From the NCBI RefSeq assembly GCF_000011325.1, contig NC_003450.3:1710001-1742000 (forward strand): a stretch of 32,000 nt of DNA, in the 5' to 3' direction. This DNA comes from Corynebacterium glutamicum ATCC 13032. GTDB taxonomy: Bacteria; Actinomycetota; Actinomycetes; Mycobacteriales; Mycobacteriaceae. How positions within the stretch are numbered: the stretch's first letter is position 1; every line of letters starts with the position of its first letter. Below, piece after piece: positions 26,015 to 32,000 of the stretch. A model generated the notes under the pieces. That model was not told the DNA's origin and made no database searches. It worked only from the letters and a program-made list of their open reading frames with translations. The position numbers and the translations under genes were made by a program.

Positions 26015-28679
26015 TTTCTTCATCTTTAGGGCCAGTGGATTCAGTAAGCCCTAACCGTGCACGCTCCTCATCAATAACCCGTGCTGCCAGCTGTGATTCA
26101 GTGATATCCACAGCATCTGGAATCTCTGCGGTTTCAGATAGCCGGGCGTAGACGTCGAAGACGTGAGTTTTGCCTGCCAGGATTTCTAGCATGCGTTCGT
26201 CTGCGGTTTCGTCGCCGATGAGTCGGTGGACTTGGACGGTGGCGGTTTGGCCCATGCGGTGGACTCGGGCGACGGCCTGCTGTTCGATGGTTGGCTTTAC
26301 TTGAGGTTCACAAATAATGCATAGGCTCGCGGATTGGATGTTTAGGCCTACTCCCCCGGCGGTGATTTGGGCAATGAGGGCGGATCCGGGTTTGGAGTGG
26401 GACAGGGCGTCGACAAGCAATTGGCGCTTGGTGGCTGGCACGTCGCCGGAAATGCGGCCGATGACGCGCTCGCCTAGATGCTTTTCCAGTTCGTCGAGGA
26501 CGTCGAGGAAGTAGGTGAAGATGAGGGCTTTGCGGCCGTGTTCTTCTGCTTCTTCGAAGAGTTCTAGGATGCGTTGCATTTTTGCGGAAGTTAGGCGTGG
26601 TGTTGGTGAGAGCATGGCGGAGCGGCGCATGCCCATCCAGCTGCCTTGGCGGACTTGGTCGTCGTAGGCGCTGCGGTCTTCTGGGGTGAGGTCGATCCAG
26701 TCGATGGAGTCGGTGCGCTCTGGGAGTTCGTCAAGCACATCAGCTTGATTTCTGCGCAGATAGGCTGGTGCGATGCGCTCGCGGAAATTCTCGGCCTGCA
26801 TTTTGGACATGCCACGGGTGATCAGCTCCGGTTGGATGTAGCGCACGAGATTTACAAACTCTTCCACTTTGTTTTCTAGTGGTGTGCCGGTCATCAGAAG
26901 GGTGTATGGGGCGGCGTCGATAAGTTTGCGCAGTGCTTGGGTGCGTTTGGTGGAGGGGTTTTTGATCAGGTGGGCTTCATCGGCAATGACCAGACCCGGC
27001 GCGGGGATGTCCATGGTGCGGACGCCGTCGTAGGTGCAGATTGCGATTCCGTTGGTGTTAGACCAGGCGTTGATGGCGTCTTGTTTGTTGTCTCCGTGGG
27101 CGATGAATACGGGGAGGTTGAGGAAGCGTTTGCATTCGCGGGTCCAGTTAACAATGACGGATGCGGGTACGACGACGAGGGTGCGGAAGTCTTTTTCGGT
27201 GGCGGCAAGGTGTGCAGCTGCGGAGAGGGCTTGGACTGTTTTGCCGAGTCCCATGTCGTCGCCGAGGAGGGTTTTCTTTTGGATGATGGCGAAGCGGGCG
27301 CCGAATGATTGGTATCCGCGGAGGTGGAGGTCGGTGAGATGAGTTTTGTCGAGGGTGAGGTCTCTGATTTTTTGGAGGGTGGTGGCGTCGAGGAGTTCGT
27401 CTGCGCCTTCGATGTCGCGGCCGAGCAGCGTGGCTAGCAGGCCTTGGTAGTGAGCGGGACGGGAGATGTAGTCGTCCCAGATGTCGGCGGGTGGGGTGGT
27501 GATTGTTTGTGGGTGGAAGAGGTTGGGGTTTGCGTCGATCCAGCGGAGGTCGTCGGTGAAGTTGTTGAACTCAGGCGTTGCTGGGTTGATGACGATGTAG
27601 GGGTCGAGGCTTGGGGGTATGTGTTCTACGTAGTCGATGACGCGGGTGCGGCGGGCGCGTTCTTCGGGCGTGATGGTTTCGGTTTGGTCGAAGCGGGCCA
27701 GCACGTTGATTAGACGCATGGCGGGTTGGGTAGGTTCGTCGCCGATGGAGGTGTTTTGGCGGCGTAGTGCTTCTTGTTTGAGTGTTTCTGCTGCGGCTTT
27801 CATCCGCCCCGCGGTTTGGGCGCCGATACCTTGCACGGTGGTGAGGATGGAGGTGTGTGTTTTTAGGACGTCGGCGACGGTTGCGACGTGGATGGAATCG
27901 AGGGATCCAAAGCGCAGGCGGTGGTCGGTAGCCATGCGTAGGGCATCAACGGGGAGTTGTTCGAGGAGTATCTGTACGCGGAGCTCGTTGATGGATGTGA
28001 GGTGTTTCTCGGCTTCGCTTTTCAGCCGGTATTCGGAGTTAGGATCTTGGGCGTAGCGTTGGACTACCCGGCGCGCTTGGGCAAGGGTATGTCCGTCCCA
28101 GGGTTCGGCACCGAATCCAGCGATACCGAGGGCTGAGGCGAGTACCTGTTGTGCGCGTTCGATGTAGCGCTCTCCCACTCCATGAATACCTGGGAAAAGT
28201 GCAACGCCTTGTTGTTGGCGGGTGCGGGCAGCGTGGACGCCCTCGAGCATGCGGGAGACTTCGTGGGTGGTAGATGAAATCTCGTCGAGTTTGACCATGA
28301 GGTCGAAGACAGCTTGGTCGCCGGCTTGGACCTTGGTGGGGTTGAATAGTCTGCGGAACATGCCGCCTTGGCCCTCGTTGATGATCTGGCATAGGCGTGG
28401 GATCGAAGCGACTGATGCGACGTAATCGGTAAGGGTGGCTTCTGCATTCATGCCGTCTAGAAAGACGTTGACATACAGGTTGTCAGGCCAGGTGATGTTG
28501 CGGGATGGGATCAGATAGGTATCGGTGCCGAGTGTCCCGTTGTCCCCTACTGTGGCCGTTCCGGGTGTTTTCAACAGTCGGAGCACGTTGTTTGCTTGTT
28601 CGGCAAGGTTGATTGTGTGCTGTGCTCTATCTAGCAGTGCAGAGATTTGTGCCCGGTCCATAGCGTTTGATTCTGCCAT
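26001..28679 (-). CDS. SNF2-family helicase/translocase with a ~450-aa uncharacterised N-terminal region containing HhH-like motifs
   Basis: 892-aa ORF. SNF2 motifs are LRGYQ, LGDDMGLGKT, DEAHLIKN, LLMTGTPLEN and QAVARVHRMGQ. N-terminal HhH-like segments are LTTVQGIGAQTAGRMKAAA (aa 279-297) and GIHGVGERYIERA (aa 164-176). Confidence 0.9.
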   Translation of the reverse strand: MAESNAMDRAQISALLDRAQHTINLAEQANNVLRLLKTPGTATVGDNGTLGTDTYLIPSRNITWPDNLYVNVFLDGMNAEATLTDYVASVASIPRLCQIINEGQGGMFRRLFNPTKVQAGDQAVFDLMVKLDEISSTTHEVSRMLEGVHAARTRQQQGVALFPGIHGVGERYIERAQQVLASALGIAGFGAEPWDGHTLAQARRVVQRYAQDPNSEYRLKSEAEKHLTSINELRVQILLEQLPVDALRMATDHRLRFGSLDSIHVATVADVLKTHTSILTTVQGIGAQTAGRMKAAAETLKQEALRRQNTSIGDEPTQPAMRLINVLARFDQTETITPEERARRTRVIDYVEHIPPSLDPYIVINPATPEFNNFTDDLRWIDANPNLFHPQTITTPPADIWDDYISRPAHYQGLLATLLGRDIEGADELLDATTLQKIRDLTLDKTHLTDLHLRGYQSFGARFAIIQKKTLLGDDMGLGKTVQALSAAAHLAATEKDFRTLVVVPASVIVNWTRECKRFLNLPVFIAHGDNKQDAINAWSNTNGIAICTYDGVRTMDIPAPGLVIADEAHLIKNPSTKRTQALRKLIDAAPYTLLMTGTPLENKVEEFVNLVRYIQPELITRGMSKMQAENFRERIAPAYLRRNQADVLDELPERTDSIDWIDLTPEDRSAYDDQVRQGSWMGMRRSAMLSPTPRLTSAKMQRILELFEEAEEHGRKALIFTYFLDVLDELEKHLGERVIGRISGDVPATKRQLLVDALSHSKPGSALIAQITAGGVGLNIQSASLCIICEPQVKPTIEQQAVARVHRMGQTATVQVHRLIGDETADERMLEILAGKTHVFDVYARLSETAEIPDAVDITESQLAARVIDEERARLGLTESTGPKDEETALS

Positions 28680-28709
28680 TAACGCTATTGAACCGGGCGG
28701 GAAAAGCTT

Positions 28710-30569
28710 TTAGACCTTCAGTTCTGGGTGGTAGTCCTTCATGCGAAGAACCTTGTTTGTTCTATTCGCCAGGGTGGAGATGGCGAGCATCAGTGCCCAG
28801 ATGAAGAGCAGTACCCAGATTGCTTGTATGAAGCGTGGGTCGTTGGATGGGGTTTCGTTGAAGATCATTTGGCGCACGAGGTTGACTGCGTAGGTGATCG
28901 GGTCGTAGGTGTGGAACCAGTGGAAGAATGCTGGCTGGGTTTCTGGTGGGTATAGGCCACCGGAGGAGACTAGCTGGAAGGACATCATCACGATGGACAG
29001 CACACGGCCTGCGGAGGGTCCTGCCACGTTGTTGAACATATGGGTAATGGAGATGAATACCCATGAGATGGCGACCATCGCCATCCACAGTCCAGCTGGG
29101 TGAGCTGGATTGAGGTCGAGCAGGAAGTACAGTACTGCCCACATGATGGTTGCTTGGCCAAGGCCTAAGACTGTTGATGGAAGGTAGCTTGCCAGGGTGC
29201 CTCGGAAGCCTCCCATGCGGGAGTCGAGTGCGCGGCGACTGATTGGGTGCAGGATCATCCAGGCAACGGTTGCTCCCATGAACAGGCCGACAGCCATGAA
29301 GAATGGTGCGAGACCAATACCGAAGAGCGGTGTGGTGTCTCCTGCTTGTTCTGTTTCAACTGGGGTTGCGATGGTGGTGTCTGCGCCGTCAGCGAAGGTT
29401 GGTACTTGGCTTGCGCCGTCGGTGAGTTTGAGGGCGAGTTCGCTGGAGCCTTCATCAAGCTGGACGGTGCCGTCGCGCAGTGCTTGTGCGCCAACAACTA
29501 GCTGTTCGGAACCTGCGGCCAATTGGCTGGTGCCATCAGCGAGGGTGCGTGCACCGATGCTGAGTTGGCTGGATCCGTCTTTCAGGGTTTGCAGGCCGGC
29601 TGCTAGTTGCTGGGATGCGCTCACAGCGGAGTCCACGCCGGAGCGGTAGGTGCTGGAGGGATCAGATAGTTCAGAGGCAATGGTGGCTGCGCCGTCGCGC
29701 AGGGTGATCAACTGAGAGTTGATGTCTGGAACATAGGCGGTCAGTGGTGCTACTTGGTCGACAAGTTGGCCCACGCCATCTGAAACCTGGGTTGCGCCTT
29801 GGCCTAGTTGGGCGGTGCCCGCAGACAGGCTGGATAGACCGTCGGCGAGCGTTTGGCTGCCTGTAGCCGCGGAGCCGAGGCCGGTGTCGAGCTGGCTGGC
29901 GCCGTCGGCAAGCGATTGCGCACCCTCATTGGCACTTGCGATGCCGTCGCGCAGGGTGACCGCGCCGTCGGCAAGCTGAACTGCACCGTCGTTGGCGGAA
30001 CCGACGCCATCGCTGAGCGTAGTGGCACCTTCGGCGGCTTGGTTCATGCCGTCGCCCAAGGTGGAGAAACCGACGAGCATGTTATCCACAATGCGGACGC
30101 CGAATTCCGTGTCCATGGTCTCCACAACAGTGTTGACCACCTGGTTGCCCAGCATGGAGGCAATGAAGCCGTTGCTGTTGTTGAATACCGCGTTGACGGT
30201 TGCTGGCGCGGGTGAATCGCTGGTCACGCTGGCAATAGAATCGCTGAAGTTCTTCGGAATTTCAATGCCGAAGTAGTAGGTGCCGTCGTTGATTCCCTCG
30301 CGGGCTTCCTCGGCGCTGACTTCAATGAATTTGATGTCGTCTTGCTCCAGGAGGTTCTCCACCACCTGGGCGCCGGCATCGAGTTCACCTTCGTCCTGAT
30401 TGACCACGGCCACGGGAAGCTTGGACAAGCCACCGATGGGGTCATAGTAGGCAGAAACAAAGACGCCGCCGAAAAGCAACGGCAGCAACATGACCACAAC
30501 AAACCCCAATGGTGGGAGTTTTCCGCGGCCAAATCGTTTCAGTTCTGAGCCAAAGTGTAAAAATGCCAT
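28710..30569 (-). CDS. YhgE/Pip-domain membrane protein (ABC-2-type permease with a large extracytoplasmic repeat domain)
   Basis: 619-aa ORF with one N-terminal TM and 5 C-terminal TM helices. The central region has Gly/Leu heptad-like repeats (LSDGVGSANDGAVQLADGAVTLRDGIASANEGAQSLADGASQL...). Confidence 0.88.
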   Translation of the reverse strand: MAFLHFGSELKRFGRGKLPPLGFVVVMLLPLLFGGVFVSAYYDPIGGLSKLPVAVVNQDEGELDAGAQVVENLLEQDDIKFIEVSAEEAREGINDGTYYFGIEIPKNFSDSIASVTSDSPAPATVNAVFNNSNGFIASMLGNQVVNTVVETMDTEFGVRIVDNMLVGFSTLGDGMNQAAEGATTLSDGVGSANDGAVQLADGAVTLRDGIASANEGAQSLADGASQLDTGLGSAATGSQTLADGLSSLSAGTAQLGQGATQVSDGVGQLVDQVAPLTAYVPDINSQLITLRDGAATIASELSDPSSTYRSGVDSAVSASQQLAAGLQTLKDGSSQLSIGARTLADGTSQLAAGSEQLVVGAQALRDGTVQLDEGSSELALKLTDGASQVPTFADGADTTIATPVETEQAGDTTPLFGIGLAPFFMAVGLFMGATVAWMILHPISRRALDSRMGGFRGTLASYLPSTVLGLGQATIMWAVLYFLLDLNPAHPAGLWMAMVAISWVFISITHMFNNVAGPSAGRVLSIVMMSFQLVSSGGLYPPETQPAFFHWFHTYDPITYAVNLVRQMIFNETPSNDPRFIQAIWVLLFIWALMLAISTLANRTNKVLRMKDYHPELKV

Positions 30570-31219
30570 TAGTTTCCAGCCCCCGTAATGGTCAAAGCGG
30601 TATCGGCCAAGGAATCAAAATCTGGGTTGGTGGATACCACGACCACAGGGAGATCCTCTGCAACGCCTTTCAATGCGTGCAACACCTCCGCACGCAATTC
30701 CATGCTGCGCACTTGATCGGGATCATCCACGACCAACAGTTGCGCCTCTGGCCGCGCCAGCAGCGCCAGCGCGATGCGCAGCTTAAAACGCTCGAGCACG
30801 CTGAGGTCGCCGATTAAGGTTTTAGGGTTCAGGTTCAGGCCAAGATGCTTTTCGACGTCAACCCACCGTCCCGAATCACTAATATCCCTGGGCACCATCA
30901 GGTACCAAGGGCTTGACCAAGCGAGTTGTTCACGGACAACGGTGCGCACAGTGACAAGTCGCTCGAGTGAATCGATTTCAGGGATGCCCGCCAAAGCCAC
31001 ATGCTTGGCCAGCTTGGTTGCCTTGATGGGTTCGCCGTTTAATTCGATGGTTCCGGTGGAGGCGCGCATGCGGCCGGAAAGTACCAAAGAAAAGGAACTG
31101 GATTGGGATTCGCGCCCGGTGCTCAGCAAAGTGAGTCCGCTGTCTGGAGCTATCTCAACATCGGCGAAGGGTGTGTCGCGGATGGAGAGCCCAGAGCTTC
31201 TCAAAAGAGGGGTATTCAT
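30569..31219 (-). CDS. ABC-ATPase-fold protein with degenerate catalytic motifs (probable pseudo-ATPase)
   Basis: 216-aa ORF with GGAAGAAG upstream. It aligns by eye to ABC NBDs, but the motifs are degenerate. Walker A reads STGRESQS (expected GxxGxGKS/T). The signature reads LSVLERF (expected LSGGQ). Walker B reads LLVVDDPD (expected hhhhDE). The H-loop position reads VSTNPD. Its stop overlaps the YhgE ATG by 1 nt (TAATG). Confidence 0.75.
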   Translation of the reverse strand: MNTPLLRSSGLSIRDTPFADVEIAPDSGLTLLSTGRESQSSSFSLVLSGRMRASTGTIELNGEPIKATKLAKHVALAGIPEIDSLERLVTVRTVVREQLAWSSPWYLMVPRDISDSGRWVDVEKHLGLNLNPKTLIGDLSVLERFKLRIALALLARPEAQLLVVDDPDQVRSMELRAEVLHALKGVAEDLPVVVVSTNPDFDSLADTALTITGAGN

Positions 31220-31312
31220 GTATCTTCTTCCGTAAGTGGAGGAAACACTATCAGTTATCGTAGGCTATTTTAGGACCACCACCACCCCCGCTGTCAACTA
31301 GAGGACAACAAC

Positions 31313-31909
31313 ATGAGAGCAGACGCACTAAAACGCCGCGAACACATCATAACCACAACCTGCAATCTCTACCGCACACACCATCACGATTCGCTCACCA
31401 TGGAAAACATTGCAGAACAGGCAGGAGTGGGTGTTGCAACTTTATACCGAAACTTCCCCGATCGCTTCACACTGGACATGGCATGCGCCCAATACCTTTT
31501 CAACGTGGTGATCTCCCTCCAACTCCAAGCCATCAGCACCTTCCCCACCGACCCAGAAGGCGTGTGGACCTCCTTCAACCAACTACTTTTCGACCGCGGC
31601 CTAGGCTCCCTCGTCCCAGCACTTGCCCCAGAATCCTTAGACGACCTCCCCGACGAGGTCTCCGCCCTGCGTCGCACCACAGAGAAAAACACCACAACAC
31701 TCATCAACCTAGCCAAGCAGCACGGACTCGTACACCACGACATCGCGCCGGGCACCTACATCGTCGGTTTGATCACCATTTCCCGCCCACCTATCACCGC
31801 GCTGGCGACAATTTCAGAAAACTCCCACAAAGCACTGCTTGGCCTTTATTTGTCCGGTCTTAAACACGGCATGATGGCTAACATCGGAGAACATGACGGA
31901 AAGTCCTGA
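31313..31909 (+). CDS. TetR/AcrR-family transcriptional regulator
   Basis: 198-aa ORF with GAGGA 7 nt upstream. The N-terminal HTH is TMENIAEQAGVGVATLYRNFPDR. It is divergent from the ATPase-like/YhgE genes across a 93-bp gap. Confidence 0.9.
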   Translation: MRADALKRREHIITTTCNLYRTHHHDSLTMENIAEQAGVGVATLYRNFPDRFTLDMACAQYLFNVVISLQLQAISTFPTDPEGVWTSFNQLLFDRGLGSLVPALAPESLDDLPDEVSALRRTTEKNTTTLINLAKQHGLVHHDIAPGTYIVGLITISRPPITALATISENSHKALLGLYLSGLKHGMMANIGEHDGKS

Positions 31910-32000
31910 TCTAGCAGTTTCCTTTTTAGCCGCCTTCAATGACATCGAAGCGCACCTTCGAACCCAGCTCCGCGCTAAACGCTCCGACAGTTTCAGATGG
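31893..32000 (+). CDS. possible start of a downstream ORF (partial, function unknown)
   Basis: The frame is open from the ATG at 31893 to the window end (MTESPDLAVSFLAAFNDIEAHLRTQLRAKRSDSFRW). It overlaps the TetR stop by 17 nt. GGAGA lies only 2 nt upstream, so the start is doubtful. Confidence 0.3.
   Translation, partial: MTESPDLAVSFLAAFNDIEAHLRTQLRAKRSDSFRW

Noticed and set aside
26001-28679. SNF2 helicase as part of a known phage-defence system (DISARM, BREX, Zorya-like etc.)
   Set aside because: None of the required partners (methyltransferase, PLD/DUF1998, PglZ, nuclease) is adjacent. The neighbours are a transporter-like pair and a convergent peptidase. The helicase could still be a stand-alone factor, but I cannot support a defence call.
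29400-30060. Internal DNA repeats in the YhgE/Pip gene (e.g. gccgtcgcgcagggtga at about 29693 and 29943)
   Set aside because: They are explained by the repeated L-x-D-G-x-x-Q-L protein heptad-like units typical of YhgE/Pip extracytoplasmic domains. They are not an independent element.
1-32000. Mobile element, prophage or genomic island spanning part of the window
   Set aside because: The window has no integrase, transposase, tRNA attachment site or long direct repeats. The gene content is overwhelmingly conserved housekeeping. Only the ArsR/ABC module looks like a local insertion.

Overview
This is a 32-kb core-chromosome segment of a high-GC actinobacterium. Protein sequences and gene order look like Corynebacterium (C. 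glutamicum-like). That identification is from memory and a BLAST would settle it. I call 32 protein-coding genes, 2 of them partial. I see no rRNA or tRNA, no CRISPR, and no transposase, integrase or prophage genes.

Minus strand, from high to low coordinates:
- degenerate ABC-ATPase-like gene, YhgE/Pip membrane protein and HhH+SNF2 helicase, with a divergent TetR
- aspS, an APH-fold kinase, rarA and alaS
- ruvX-mltG-aroE
- ArsR regulator gene, divergent from a plus-strand FecCD-type ABC importer; the four genes sit inside this block
- A24 peptidase-like gene
- aroC-aroK-aroB-pepQ-efp-nusB (no aroQ between aroB and pepQ)
- pyrR-pyrB-pyrC(partial)

Plus strand:
- SRPBCC/YfcH-epimerase fusion
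- two YbjN-like genes plus a small coiled-coil ORF
- YpfJ-type Zn peptidase
- TetR

Many neighbouring genes abut or overlap at start/stop codons: pyrR/pyrB, aroC/aroK, ruvX/mltG, SBP/ATPase, the YbjN pair, and ATPase-like/YhgE.

Most of the window is ordinary housekeeping and I found no compelling novel multi-gene system. The items most worth a second look are:
1. A 240-nt non-coding array of six copies of a 19-nt motif in alternating orientation (5068-5303). Part of it forms a 136-nt concentric quasi-palindrome.
2. An ABC-ATPase homolog with every catalytic motif degenerated. It is translationally coupled to a YhgE/Pip protein and followed 30 nt later by an SNF2 helicase with a 450-aa HhH-containing N-terminal region.
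3. An ArsR plus metal-chelate ABC importer module with a perfect 16-bp palindrome in a 54-bp control region.
4. An orphan plus-strand intrinsic terminator in the alaS/ruvX gap, possibly marking an sRNA.
5. A 14-mer that occurs three times.

All functional calls come from reading motifs by eye. No searches were run.
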